Source: the human T2T-CHM13v2.0 reference genome, Homo sapiens
NCBI RefSeq assembly: GCF_009914755.1
Contig: NC_060938.1
Strand: one strand, 5' to 3'
DNA: 64,000 nt
The first letter of the stretch is position 1. Each line of letters begins with the position of its first letter. Positions 14,979 through 29,300 of the stretch are shown in pieces. The notes beneath the pieces were generated by a model. It did not search any database. It was not told the origin of the DNA and saw only the letters and a program-made list of their open reading frames with translations. The translations under genes were made by a program, and so were the position numbers.

Positions 14979-17261
14979 TGATATGGTTTGGCTGTGTTTC
15001 CACCTAATTCTCATCTTGAATTGTAGCTCCCACAATTCCCACATGTAGTAGGAGGGACTCTGTGGGAGGTAGTTGAATGATGGGGGCAAATCTTTCTCAT
15101 GCTGTTCCTATGATAGTGAATGGGTCTCACATTATCTGATGGTTTTATAAAGAAGAGTTCCCCTGCACACACTCTCTTCCCTGCTGCCATGTAGTATGTG
15201 ACTTACTCCTCCTTGCCTTCTGCCATGATTGTGAGGCTGCCCCAGCCACGTGGAACTGTGAGTCCATTAAACCTCTTTTTCTTTATAAATTACCCAGTCT
15301 CGGGTATGTCTTTATCAGCAGTGTGAAAATGGACTAATACAGTAAATTGGTACTGGTAGAGTGGGGTGCTACTGTAAAGATACCTGAAAATGTGGAAGCG
15401 ACTTTGGAACTGGGTAACAGGCAGAGGTTGGAACAGTTTTGGAGGGCTCAGAGGGAGACAGGAAAATGTGGGAAAGGTTGGAACTTCCTAGAGACTTGTT
15501 GAGTGGCTTTGACCAAAATGCTGATAATGATATGGACAATGAAATCCAGACTGAGGTGGTCTCAGATGGAAATGAGGAACTTATTGGGAACTGGAGTAAA
15601 GGTGATTTTTGCTATGTGTTAGCAAAGACACTGGTGGCATTTTGCACCTGCCCTAGAGATCTGTGGAACTTTGAACTCAAAGGGGATGATTTAGGTTATA
15701 TGGTGGAATAAATTTCTAAGCAGCAAAGCATTCAAGAGATAACTTGTGTGCTGTTAAAAGCATTCAATTTTAAAAGGGAAACAGAGCATAAAAGTTCAGA
15801 AAATATGTAACCTGACCATGCAATTGAAAAGAAAAACCCATTTTCTGAAGAGAAATTCAAGCTGGCTGCAGAAATTTGCATAAGTAACAAGGAGCCAAAT
15901 GTTAATCACCAAGACAATGGGGAAAATGACTTCAGGGCATGTCACAGATCTTTGTGACAGCCCCTCCCATCACAGGCCTGGAAGCCTAGGAGGAAAAAGT
16001 GGTTACATGGGCCAGGCCCAGGACCCCCCTGCTATGTGCAGCCTAGGGACTTGATGCCCTGCATCCCAGCCTGGCAGCTCTAGTCATTGCTAAAATAGGC
16101 CAAGGTATAGGTCATGCCTTGGCTTCAGGAGGTGCAAGTCCCAAGCCTTGGCAGCTTCCAAGTGGTGTTGAGCCCGCAGGTGAACAGAAGTCAAGAACTG
16201 AGGTTTGGGAACCTCCGCCTAGATTTCACAAGATGCATGGAAATGCATGGATGTCCAAGTAGAAGTTTGTTGCAGGGGTGGGGTCCTCATGGAGAACCTC
16301 TGGTTGAAGCCTCCACACAGAGCCCAGACTAGGGCATTGCCTAGTGGAGCTGTGAGAAGAAGGTCACCATCCTTCAGACCTCAGAATGGTAGATTCACTG
16401 ACAGCTTGCACCATGTGCCTGGGAAAGCTGCAGACACTCAATGCCAGCCTGTGAAAGCAGCCAGGAGGGAGGCTTTACCCTTCAAAGCCACATGGGTGGA
16501 GTGGCCCAAGACCATGGGAACCCATCTCTTACATCAGTATGACCTGGATATGAGACATGAAGTCAAAGGTGATCATTCTGGAACTTTAAGATTTGACTGC
16601 CCCTCTGGATTTCGAACTTGCATGGGGCCGGTAGTCTCTTCATTTTGGCCAATTTCTCCCATTTGGAATGGCTTTATTCACCCAATGCCTGTACCCCCAT
16701 TGTATCTAGGAAGCACTAACTTGCTTTTGATTTTACAGGCTCAGTGGCAGAAGGGACTTGCCTTGTCTCAGATGAGACTTTGGACTTGGACTTTTGAGTT
16801 AATGCTGAAATGCATTAAGATTTTTGGGGACTGTTGGGAAGGCATGATTGGCTTTGAAATGTGAGGACATGAGATTTGGGAGGGGCCAGGGCAGAATTAT
16901 ATGGTTGGGCTGTGTCCCCATCCAAATCTCATCTTGAATTGTAGCTCCCACAATTCTCACGTGCTGTCTGAGGTACCTGGTGGGAGGTGGTTGAATTACG
17001 GGGACAGGTCTTTCCCGTGCTGTTCTTGTGATAGTGAATGAATCTCGTGAGATCTGATGGTTTTATAAAAAGGAGTTCCTCTGTACAAGTTCTCTCTTCA
17101 CTGCCACCACGTGGGATGTGACTTGCTCCTTTTTGCCTTCTACCATGATTGTGAGGCCTCCCCAGCCAAGTGGAACTGTGAGTCCATTAAACCTATTTTT
17201 CTTTATAAATTACCCAGTCTTGGGTATGTCTTTACCAGCAGTGTGAAAACAGACTAATACA
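14979..17261 (+). mobile_element. Complete THE1 (B/C-like) MaLR provirus: LTR 14979-15341, internal 15342-16896, LTR 16897-17261
   Basis: Two ~364-bp LTRs ('tgatatggtttggctgtg...gactaataca'), THE1 internal sequence, purine tract before the 3' LTR, perfect TSD tctgt (14974-14978, 17262-17266). Confidence 0.95.
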
Positions 17262-18802
17262 TCTGTTAAGTACTAAAAATGTATGTTATTATCATCAATA
17301 TGACTATACAAGTATACTTTTCTGTTTTTTTTGTTTGCTCTTTATATATGTCTATAGGAGAGTACATATGCATTGATGGATTGATAGATCAATTGAGTCA
17401 TTATTTTGAAAGCCTAATGGTTTCCAGGAGTTATAACTTTACTGTAAACTAATTGCTTCAAAGAATTTTTCAATTGAATTCAGGTATTCACATTGCAATT
17501 CTTGTTTTTCTGTTGTTTAGTGTCTAATGGAATTTGTTAGCTGTTCTCTAACTTTTAACATTACAGACAAAATTTATTTGTTTTAAAACTTTGTGTGTTC
17601 ATGTGCACACATGTATTTGCAGGTTAGCTTGTGATTTTAGAAATCATATAGCATATGTGTGTGTATTTTTAAGAAAACACGTAGAGGTCACTTTTATTAC
17701 TGCATCTAATAATTGATTTTTAAAGATTAATATCAGCCTTGTACATTTATTTTTCACAGCCATATCATTAGTCTTTTATTACATTTCCAACAAGAATCAC
17801 TAGTGGAGCCTGCTTATTACTAGGTACTTGAGAAAGAGGTTTTTACTAAATGCTAGAAGAAAGCACTTTGAGTTATGGTAAAATGACACAGAAGAAACAC
17901 TATAAGGATAAATAGACTTGAAGTAAAAAAGGGTCATTAATTCATCCATGTGTGTATTTATTCACCCAATCTTGGTCAAAGGCAAAGGCTACAGTCAGCT
18001 CTTCACAGAGCTTACTTTTTAGAGCAGTTGCTGTGAACATTTATAAAGTTCAACTAAAAGGGCTAAATATAAATGAATAACAGAAAAATATCATTTCTAT
18101 GTAGGCACACTACTGTCCTTAAACTAGTGGTTAACTGAGATTTATATAAATATTCAAAATGGCACATTAGTAGCTTGTTGAAATTTTATTTACTAGGAAA
18201 TTATGGAAGGAAAAGGTTCAGCGATCAAACGCTCTTACTAAATTTTCAAGATTTTAGGAAAATTTAAGGAGAACACATATATAGTTATTAATAAATAACG
18301 TGGAGCATAATTTCCATTTTGAGGGCCTGCCTGAATTCTCAATGTATATTAATTTATTAAAAAATGTGAAGAAAGTAGTCCCAAATCTAGAAACTCTAGT
18401 GAACAGGGCCTAGGGGAGATATAAGAGGCTAGACATTCATGGTGCTACATCATCTTCTTAAGATAAGACTCTGTAAGGGTTAATAGAAATCTAAAAAAAA
18501 AGGAAAGGAAAAGCAAAACAAAATGGGATTTTTTTCCTAGTGCAGAAAGGGAAAGAGACACCAGGAACTCCCTTTTCTTATAGCATTTACTTGAGAAAAC
18601 TTGTACAGTAATAGTGAATTCTTCCTCTATCCCTTTGAGAAGTATATGAATCTTTTAAAAAGCTAAAGTCTTACAATCCAAGACTATTTTTTTAAGGTGC
18701 TTGGAGTCGTTTACTTGAAATGTAAACATCAAGGAAGATAGTATCATTCACTCTCCATTCTCATGGGAGTTTAACTTAGGCATCTGCTCCAAATTGTAAC
18801 TA

Positions 18803-19239
18803 AAGTTGACTCTTGAACAACAAACTTCCAATATGGGTTTACTGATATGGGGATTTTCTTCTACTTCTGCCACCCCTGAGATAACAAGACCAACCCTCCT
18901 CTTCCTTCTCTTCCTCAGCATACTCAGCATGAAGTTGATGAGATGAATACCTTTATAATGAACTACTTCTATTTTATGAATAGTAAATATATTTGCTCTT
19001 CCTTGTGATTTTCTTAACATTTTCTTTTCTCTAGCTTATTTTACTGTGAGAATATGGTATATAATACACATAACATGCAAAATATGTGTTAATTGACTGT
19101 GTACATCATCAGTAAGGCTTCTGGTTAATAATAGGCTATCAGTAGTTAAATTATGGGGGGAGTCAAAAGTTATATACAGATATTTGACTGTGTAGGGATT
19201 CAGTGCCCGACAACCTCTGCATTGTTCAAGAGCTGACAA
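18803..19239 (+). mobile_element. Tigger2a (MER28) DNA transposon
   Basis: Terminal inverted repeats '(c)agttgactcttgaacaa' and 'ttgttcaagagctgac', TA flanks, diagnostic 'ctgccacccctgagataacaagaccaacc', about 437 bp. Confidence 0.85.
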
Positions 19240-19486
19240 TACCTACCTTCATAGAAATCTGAGAAGTTTTATGGGTCTTTTGGATAAAGGAAATTTGCAA
19301 AGATAAGTGGCCACACCAATTGTAGGTGAGTATAAGATGAACTATTTGTAACAAATAGTGCTGTCAAGACCCTTACTTGAGGTCCAATTGTTGTTTATCT
19401 TGATGACATGTAAGCAATGCTTTTTACCTGCTTGCTTAAAACAGTGAGATTTCTCTTTAGTAGCAGGCAGTAAGTTGCCTAGGATG

Positions 19487-19908
19487 TGTAAGAAAAGAAA
19501 AATACTTCAGAGCAATCTGAGCTATGTGAGGTATGCAGGCCCAGAGAGACATGAGCATAGGACATCAGTCATGCCCCTCCGACCTGTGCTTGGAGGCAAT
19601 TGTTTCAAGTCATTTTATTTCTGACTAGCTACCTCACCCATTATCTTCATGTTCCTGGAATTTGTCATACAAATAACAATGTAAGCCAATCAAAAGCTTA
19701 TGTTATTTTAATGCAAATTCTTCATAAACAACTCAGGAACTGCCTTCTCTTTTCCTTTATAAATCCACTTTTAACCGCTGGTCACTGGAGTGTATGTTTA
19801 GGGCAACTTGAATTAGTCTATGCTCCTGGGTTGCAGTCCTCAAGCATGGTCCAAATAAACTCTCCATGTACATTAATTTTGCCTCAGCTTCTTCCTTTTA
19901 GGTCAATA
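19487..19908 (+). mobile_element. Solo LTR (LTR47/MER72-like)
   Basis: Starts TG; 'ctgagctatgtgaggtatgcaggcccagagagacatgag'; AATAAA; ends 'gcctcagcttcttccttttaggtcaa'; flanks gatg/tatg. Confidence 0.6.
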
Positions 19909-20959
19909 TATGCATTACATTCTGACTTCATGTTTATTCAATAATAAAACTGTTTTCTTTCTCTTCCATTATGAAGAGGTTTTCTGGGTTTACAGGAGAT
20001 TTTCTATTAAACTGTTACACTAGATTTCCCCAACAATTCTCAGTCAGTGTTTAGCAGGTATTAAATGGCAGTTCAACAAATTCCAACCGTGTTCCTCAAG
20101 AGTTAGTTTAGCATCTGAAAAATGGGCTATAATACCTGATTTTCTTTCAGAGTGGCCAAGGATTGGTGGAGTTATTTGGCCATTTGACCATGATGTGTGG
20201 CCTCAATGTGTGTAGAAAGTAATGATTTGGGGGGTATGAGATAGTGCAGTGCTTGTTTCAGAGGTGAGCTTGCCTGTGGCTGTTGGCTATAAGCAACTTT
20301 TTTCTTCTCCAGTTAAAGATACATGTTTTAGTGTTAGAGAAGATTAAAGAATAATAGTCTGAGCTTGCTTCCTGAGAAGTCATTCATTCCCCAGTTTAAA
20401 GGATTTTATTGGAGTCAGCCAAACTCCGAGTTGTTGTACCAAAAAAATTTCCAAAATATTTTTTTAACCCTCCTAGTAAAAGAAGAGAAGACAAGAGCTG
20501 TTGTGCTGAAAATGGAAGGAATACTTGGTGGAAAGTACACACATAAATACTGAATATAATTTTAGGATCTGCCAGCCTTTATCTATACTTAGTCAAAAGT
20601 GAGAGAGATAAGTCTTGAACAGCTGCAAGACAGAAAACCATGTTTTACATGATAGTAGTATATGCAAGGTAGGGAGCTTTCAGAACTGGGAGAAAAGCAT
20701 GCAACTAAGGAAGAAAAAACATTTTAGGATTCGGTGACTAGAGGAGTGACATTCCAGTATGGAGCCCAGGCTTAGGTGGAGATACGGGGATAAGCATAAC
20801 GTGAAATAAGACCTGCAGTCATTCCCACTCTCATTCATCTTACAGTGATCTCAGCTTATTTTCTGTGAAGACTGAAAGTTCCAGCACCTGAAGACAAACC
20901 CTTTTTCTAAGCTTTAATAGGCAAGGCTACACAAAATTACAGCATAAAATTCTATGTAT

Positions 20960-21618
20960 TGTAGGGAGAGTAAGGGAGTGATCCGTTTTTTACTAATCAT
21001 AAGGGTCATGGCCAACACCCATATAACAAAAGACAGGTTAACAAGGGAAAGCATAACAAATGTATTTTTTTCTAGTTTTACTGGACACAGGAGCCTTCAA
21101 GACAAAGACCCAAACATAGAGGGAAAACTGTCCATTTTTATGCTTAGGTTCAATGAAGAATGGATAAGTGTGTAGAACTGTGATAGGACAAAGAGGGTAT
21201 GGTCTAATGCTGATAGACCAAGTGGGGAAACTCAGCAAGGCCTGTTCAGATTTTCCTTAGTTTGGGTGTGTAGCATTACTTCCTCATGGGTGTGGGGCAA
21301 GACCCCTTCTGAAGTGAGTCTTATGATGACTTACAATCAAACCAGGTAGATCAGAGAGAATTTCTTTATGGACACTTCTTGCACAGAAAGGTGGGGAAAG
21401 TTAGAATACAATTTTTAGGTTTTATGGCTGGATGCCGGGGAAAGGGGCGCTGGTTTCTATGACCCACTGTGGCGAAGATGGATTCTAGCTCCTTTGACTT
21501 GCTTTGGGGGAGGATGAGGAGTGAGAGACAGGATGGCAGGAAGAGGCAGAGAGAAACATTGTTAGGAGGCTGCTTCTGAGACCTTGACTATGGGGGTATC
21601 AGTTTCTGAGCCCCAATA
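20960..21618 (-). mobile_element. MER39-like ERV1 solo LTR
   Basis: The reverse complement starts 'ttggggctcagaaactgataccccc'; internal 'ataacaaaagacaggttaacaag'; flanks gtat/gtac. Confidence 0.7.
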
Positions 21619-22534
21619 GTACACATCCTTGTAAGTTCTAAGAACTAGAGAAAGAGCCTAATATTTACTATACTTTTCAGTAATGGTTTCTTCAAAGCTG
21701 AGAAAGTAACATCAATGGATTTCAAATGGCTTGTGTGTTAAAAAGAATTCTGGCATCAGCATAAATTACTGTTTAGAGAATTCTGCTCCATTGTGCGTGT
21801 CTCACGTTGTTGTCAGCTGTCTCCTTCTGAGCATATCCCAGCCTTTCCACAAATATCTTAACCTGGCTTTAAGAGAATAAACTGCAGCAATGCTCTAATA
21901 CCAAAAAACCCTTAGGGCCAAACATGAAAATAAGTGAATGTGGAACTTCCTTATCTCTTCATCTTGTCAGTTTTATCAGGCTGACAGGCAATATTCACTA
22001 TAGGCCCATTATATCTCATCTACATCTGAAAGTGTACCACAGTGTTCTGAATAGAAATTAAGGTCATTCTGTCAGAGAACCAATTGAATTGCAATGCACA
22101 TCATTTTTATCTTAGTATAATAAGCTTTTTCCCCATAGTACTTCACAATGTGTTTAGCTTCATTCTTTACTTACAAGCAGCAGGAAATTAGAATTGAATA
22201 TAAGTTTATTTTTCAGACAGAGAAAATGAAAGTGTGGATTGCATTTTCTCAGGGTTCAATGTGGGAGAACTTCCTGTTTCTATTCAGTGTAAATAATCTA
22301 GATTATTAAACCAGCTATAAATCTATTAAATTAACTGATGAGAGAGAGAGAAAAAAAAAACTAGGAAAGCAGTTAAATGTCCAGCAAACAGCAGAAACAT
22401 CTGTAAATGATTTAGACCTATGATAGAATTTTGTTAAAACATACTCAGGAATTTAACAGTGACATATATTATAATGGGGCAAAATTGTGCAAGTGAGTAA
22501 CAAGGACGTAGACACCAAGAAAAGTAGACATGAA

Positions 22535-22761
22535 CAGGTGTTGGCGAAGTAAGACCTGTGAGCCAAATCTATATTACTACTTGTTTTTGTGAATAAAAGT
22601 TTATTGGAACTTACTCACCATCATTCTTTACATGTTGTACATGGCTATGTTCATGCTACAACAGCAGACTTGAATACTTGCAGCAAAGATCTTACTTAGG
22701 ACCCACAAAGACTGAAATACTTACTAGCTGAACCTTAATAAAAAAAGTTTGACAACTTCTG
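22535..22761 (+). mobile_element. MER58A (hAT-Charlie)
   Basis: 'caggtgttggc...gagccaaatct...aataaaagtttattggaac...aaaaaagtttgacaacttctg'. Confidence 0.75.
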
Positions 22762-23447
22762 CTGCAGAGGATATTTTAATACATCTAGATCAAAAAATAA
22801 ATAATAGCTAATTTTAAAATGAATTTTAGCTTAATTAAATATTCATGCCCACCTATTGAGAATATCTTGAGCAATGAACAAGACTTTCATAGGTACTAAA
22901 CACATGTTCTGATATGATACTAAGTTATACTAAAATTTAATTATGTGGATAGGAAAATACAGCATGCTAAAGCCATTTTAAAATGGAAGTTGTATGATAT
23001 TATTTAGAACAAGTCAATAAATAGTTGATATTATAATTATAAAAGTGACATATGAACATATTAAAATATCCAAACAACAAAGAAAGTAACAAAATTAAAA
23101 ATAAACTCTGCCCTCTTTACACTGAGGTCCACTCCCTAAAATAACTACTGTTAATTTCTGTTTGTATTTATGTTGCTAGACATTATTATAATACTAAATA
23201 TATTTATTTCTAAATTTCTTTACTGTTAATGTAAGTAGTTTCTTTTTTTCCCTTAAAGGGTTCTTTGATTGACTTACTCTTTCTTTTATATCCTTCCCAC
23301 TGTCTCTTCGACAGTATTTTAGTTGTATCACTTTTACATATTCAAGTTATGTGTAATATTTTAAAACAGATTTTAGGCCATGATTCAATGTAGTACTTTG
23401 GTATTTTCTAGCAAACATTATTTAGCCTGTATTTTGTTTTTAGTTGG

Positions 23448-23824
23448 TGTTGTAGCCCATTCGTGCTGCTGTGATAAGACATCTTAGACTGGATTACTTA
23501 TAAACAGCAAAAATTTCTCACAGTTCTAGAGGTTGGGAAGTCTAAGCGCAAAGCCCTAGCAGGTTTGATGTCTGATGGGGCCTGGTCCTTGCTTCTAAGG
23601 TGGTGACTTGTTGCTGTGTCCTCACATGGTGAAAGAGATGGAAGGGCAAAAGGGCCTCGCTAGTTCTCTCAAGCCCCCTTTTTCAGGGCACTAATCCTAT
23701 TTATGAAGGCTCTGCTCTCATGATCTAATCATGTCCTAAAGGCCCCATCTCTTAATGCTGTTACATTGGGGTTTAAGTTCCTGCATATGAATTTGGGAGG
23801 GACACATACATTCAAACCATGGCA
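23448..23824 (-). mobile_element. MLT1A/MSTD-type MaLR solo LTR
   Basis: TG...CA termini, 'ctcacagttctagaggttgggaagtc', 'atgaatttgggagggacacatacattcaaacc'; TSD gttgg/gttga. Confidence 0.8.
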
Positions 23825-25808
23825 GTTGATGATAAAATTGAGAATCAGTAAATAAAGTGAAAATTGTAAGTATGTAAATATTTTTAGTTAAGAAGGATCT
23901 TTCCAGTATCAGGATTTCGCTGTCAATACCAACTCAAATTTATACTTAATTGTTTTGATTCTAGGTTCTTAATCTTGGGCTCCTTTTCCATGAAAAAAAA
24001 AATGTCTTCTGAGTAATTTAGATGTTATACAAATCCAAATGTATTTTAACTTTTATTTTGCTTTCAAACGTTATAGAAAGATTTCTCAGGCAAAAAAAAT
24101 CTTATTTCAGTATAATTTTCTTTCAGAACTTGCATTCAGTTCTGCCAAATAGAAGTCCAATGTTAATCTGAATTTTGTTCTCTTGTAGGAAATTTTGTTT
24201 TTCTCATTAAAAATGTTCAGTCTTCTCTTAATGATTGGAATTGAAATTTTATAACATTTAATTTGAGAGTGGCTTTCTGGTCATTTGTGCTGCTTGGTGT
24301 ATATGTGCTCTTTCAATTCAATCTTTTTTCCAGCTTTGAGAACTTCTCTTAAATCCTCCCTCAGTTTGCTGGAACTACCCTTAGGCAGATGTTGGACTCA
24401 GTGAATCAGTGTTGGACTTTATGACTCAATGTTGAACTTCATAAATATTAGCTTTTCTCTTATATTTTTACATTTATGCTCTGTGTTCTGTTAGAAATCT
24501 TTGATATTCTTGTATTGCCAACAGTTTCTTATATGTAACCATTTAATTATTTTATTTCAGTTATTATATTAATTTCTTACATTGTTTTGTTTTCTGATTG
24601 CTATTTTTCTTAGTAATCTGCACTGATTTTGTGGATGCATTATCCACTTAAATATCTCTGACATGAGTATTGAATGAATTAAAGTTCATTTATCTTTCTT
24701 ATCTCTGGGAGTTCTGATTGTTTATATTAGTCCTTTCCAGTTTTTCTTTCTTTTTTTTAAATAATCAGGTAACTATATTGATTAATTGAGGTAGTTGGTA
24801 CTGTTACATCTATAAAAATTAGTATTGATTTCTCTTGAGTTAGATCTAATCCTTTACTTAAATGGCCTACTTCAGATTTGCATAAGTGAACAGAGAATGT
24901 TAACTGGTTGGATTCCCTTTCAGGCATTTGGATAGGATGCCTATAGGTAGATCTCCCTCCCGCAAACCCTGGCAAACACACACGTACACTGCTGCCAAAG
25001 TAAACACATTCTTTAATTTGCTTTTACTTTTGCTTGTTGTCTTAGTTCAAATCATGTTTCTACTATTCACTAGCTGTGTGACCAAAGCATTATTTACTTT
25101 GACCACAGAGATATTTAATTTTCTACTCTTGGGTAGAGCTATCTTTTCTTTTATTCCTTCATTCTATTCATTTCTGCCTTTTGCCCAAATAGGAACTCTT
25201 CAAAGTCAGATTTCTTACTCCCTAGAAAGCAATTATCTGTATCCTGGAGTGGGCAGTTGAAAGAGGAAATGGTCTGATGGACTCAATTTTTCTATGCTCA
25301 GTTCTTCAATTATTTATCTTCCTATTTGTTCAGTAATATGCAATTTCTCTTGAACATGTTGACTATGACCTTGAAACATCTTCTAGGGTTTACTGAAAAG
25401 AAATTATATCAGACTGTGGTTGCTTCTGTTATTACACTCCACTAATCCAAATCTTTATTTAAGTTTTGGATTTGCTATTGTCAGGCTTCCCTTTTTTCAA
25501 TACTATTATGGTTTTGTTATATATGTATCAAAACATACATACTCTTATGTGTATGGGTGTGTATGTGTATGTGCATATCTATATATTTCTGCCATTCCCA
25601 TGAGACCTCAGGAAAGAGGAGATACAGAATACTCTTGATTGTCATTTTAAAAATAAAGCTTTTCAAATTGATTTAAATTAATCTCAAAGAACCAGGCACA
25701 AGATACATCAAATAATTGTACATCTCTTTCTCCATATTTTATAAGTGAATATAGCCAGATCGAGAAGAAATATTTCTACCTCAAGACAACTTAAAAATTC
25801 TGGAGCTG

Positions 25809-26010
25809 TGTTGTCTTAGTTCAAATCATGTTTCTGCTATTCACTAGCTGTGTGACAAAACCCAGGTGCAAAGTGTATCAATATACCTTTAAAATAAGGA
25901 AAATTATAGTGCCAGTCTTAAAGAGTTGCTGTGAGGGTTAAAGGAGTTGGTATACTAGTGCATAGTATGAAGTAAGTGAATAAAATGGTTTGCTATTATT
26001 ACTAGTGTTA
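25809..26010 (+). mobile_element. MIR SINE
   Basis: 'ttcaaatc...actagctgtgtgac', 'gttgctgtgagggttaaa', 'tgctattatt'. Confidence 0.65.
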
Positions 26011-26146
26011 TTATTACTCTAAGACATATGTCATTCTTATAAGTTATACATTTTATAGTATCATAAATATGTAAGTTTATCAAGAAAGAAAGATTGTGTC
26101 AATAAATAGAGACCATTTCTTATGTCTGTAGCCTTTACTGTCTATG

Positions 26147-26335
26147 CTGCACTGTATAATGTGGCAACCAATAGCCACATATGCCTACTTAAATTTATGA
26201 TTTCATTAATTAAGATGGAAAACTCAGCTTTCAGTCAGACTAGCCATATTTCAAGCAATCTATAGCAACACTAAATGAAAAAGCAGAGCTATAGAACATT
26301 TCCAACATTTCAGAAAGTTCTACTGGATAGCACTG
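26147..26335 (+). mobile_element. MER33/MER3-like hAT element
   Basis: 'tagccacat', 'ctagccatatttcaag', 'atagaacatttccaacatttcagaaagttctactggatagcactg'. Confidence 0.7.
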
Positions 26336-29300
26336 GTCTACAATCTTCACTGATCTAGTCAAATAAATATATGATATTAGTGTATGAGAACAAGTGCAAA
26401 CTGAATATAATTTTTTATTTTTTAAAATATTTGTTGTCACGTCATAATATAGCCTAAAACTGAAGTAGCATATACTTAAGTATTATCTAGGCCTACACAT
26501 ATTTTCTCTACTCATTAGTTCAATTTAAACTATGATTGTCAGAAAGAATTAGTTGTCATTTCATTTTCAAATAAGCCACATGATTATAAAGACAGTAAAA
26601 ATTTAGTTGGATCTGTTACTTAAAAAATGTTATAAAATTAATATCACAATAATCATTTAATAAGTAAAGGAAAAAATTATCTATTGGTATAAAATGAAAC
26701 CTTTTTGAAGGAAAATAATTTATTGAATGACTATTGGATATAGTAATTCTTAATAGATACTCTGAAAAGGGTTATTACCTGAAATCATATCGTATGGATT
26801 GTATAGGCTACACTCTGGTTAAAATAATAGACTTTGAATATGAAATTTGAATAATTTAGTAATCCTGAAGCAAAAGACTCACTTAAATAATTTGGGTGAA
26901 GAGTCAATACATTTGGGAGAGTTAGAACTTTCCAAAGGAAATGATAATTGATGATTTCAATTAAAGCAGAGTGGTTGTATCAGGAACCAGATTCAAGTAG
27001 AAAGGTGAAAAAGTTTAAGGTTTGCTTTGAAATCAAACAAAAATATTGCTTGGTATAAACACATAGTTGCAAAAAATAAGTCCCATAATTTTCATATTCT
27101 TCCAGTACTTTCTATTTTCCACATGTTAAATATTAACAATTATTTATTGTAACAGCTAAAAGGCAGTTACCTTGTTAATAAAATGATGATGTATACCAGA
27201 ATTAGTCTCTTGTGACAGAAGTTTAAGAAAATTTTTTCTAGCTAATTATTTATAAATAAAAATTTATCTAATAATAGTTAATTGTTAATACCATTATTTA
27301 TACCATTTTTTGCTTGTGTCAACAATTTTTATTTGGAAAGTTATTAAACAGGAAAATGGAAATAATAGTATAATGAAGTCTTATATGCACTACCTATGTT
27401 CAACAATTGCCATATTTTGTGATTTTTTAAAAGAACTTTACAGATATTTCTTTACTATCTTGCTTATATTGAAATTTCTATGATTGTCCATAAATATTGT
27501 TTTGGAGATTTTGTTTTTCTTACAAGATCACTGCAGTTGGTTATTATTTCTCTCTCTCTCTGTCTCTCTCTCTCTTTTAATCTAGAAGAGTCTTCATGCT
27601 CTTTTTATGTCATTGATATTTTTGGAGGCACCAGGCCAATGTCCTCATAAAGTATCTTACATGAGCATTTTCTCATGGTGCTGACTAACCTGTTGCTCCA
27701 TTTCCTGCATTCTCAAGATACTATAATTTTTATTCCCAGGCAAGTGGAAATAGATCTGACAGAGTCAGCTTGCCTATCTTGGTTTTGCGTTACCTCTTTG
27801 TTTAGGTTTTTGAGAGTCTTTCATTCTTCAGCCCAGGTACCCATGATGTTTTTGAATATGTAAACCAGCATTTCTGGTTGGTAGCAAGGATATGAGGCAG
27901 AGGGCTGGATTGTCACTTCATTCTGACCCAAAATTTTTTTCATAAAATGTCTTCTTAATCTCTGTTCTCAATTAAAATTTGTATTTTCTTTAAGGATATA
28001 ATTCTTCCTGGAACTTGAATGGGAACCTCGTTGTGAATAAAAAGAGTTAGAGGTCAGTATTCTCTTTCTTCTCCACTGCACATCTCTTTCATCATTCTTC
28101 CATTGTCATTAGATCCATACTCCCATTTAGACTCAAGTGTTCAGCTATAGTTTTCTTTCCTTCTCCTAGTCAGTAGGATACCCCTGACCTCTAAATCACT
28201 TCCTCACAATACACTTGACTTGAGCACCCTATCTCCATGGAAATGACCAGAATAACTCTACTGGGAAACTATGACAAATGCCACATTTCCACCTACAACC
28301 TCCATCATTTTCTTTACTCTTACTTCAAGTTGACTTAATCAAGATTTTAAATTACGTAATTCTTACCTATTCTCTCTCATCAAACTACCCCCATTTTTAC
28401 TTCTTTCTCTTTAAGCTTTATTCACATGGACATCAAAATTTATTTCTTTTGTTGCCTTTTCATTTTATTTCATCAGTTCTCTAAATCTAGCATTAGAAAG
28501 CAATACTACAATCCACAACATCTATTCATATTTTAGGTTGCACAACACAATGTAGACAATTATAGACTCACAGATGGACACCACTATATATTTACCATAA
28601 AACTAGATTAAAATCACCAGGAAATTCAAATTGTCTTGGGTATAAATACAGAAAGAAACCACAAATAAACAAAACACAATCAACCAAAAAAAAAAAAAAA
28701 CAATAAAAAAGAAAGAAAGGGGGACTTCTCCACCCATGGAGCATATAGTTGAATATGGTCTATTTGACCAGGTGCCTCAATTCTAAGACTATACCTATAC
28801 TTGTTCAATTTTAGCAGATAACTGCTTTTGATTTCATGGAGATAAAAAGTTTTGTATGGACTTGAAATTTCCCTCTCCAGCTTGCAATTTTATCTGTTGC
28901 CTTCAGAGTGTTCTGTTCTCTCAGGGACTTCAATCTATTCTTTGTTCCTTATTTTTGATATCCTCAAAAAATTGCCTTCACTTACTCCTCTTACATAACC
29001 TATAAACTCATACTTTTAAAGTTTGTTTTCCTCTTAGTTACTTCAGGGATATTTATTAGACACCAATCCTAAGCCATTCACCATTACAAAGACCAGGCCC
29101 AGTAATGTACAAAGCTGAACTTTCTACTACTATAGGACATATTCAAGTAAAAACACATACAAACACACAAACGTGCACACACTACACCAAGAAAATATGA
29201 CAGTCTTGTCATTTACCATTTCTTCCTCTATCCACAGTTCTCTCTGACAGGTTGCCAGAAAGTCTGAAATTGCATTACTAAATTGTTAAGTAATAATTAT

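Larger units (their letters stand above)
18472..20035 (+). mobile_element. MER34-group ERV1 LTR, split by two later insertions
   Basis: 'tgaaatgtaaacatcaagg' motif, then 'caataataaaactgttttctttctc...ttccccaaca' end; pieces 18472-18802, 19240-19486 and 19909-20035. Confidence 0.55.

Noticed and set aside
15439-16864. ORFs in the THE1 internal region (90, 72 and 205 aa)
   Set aside because: Broken remnants of MaLR internal sequence, not an intact gene.
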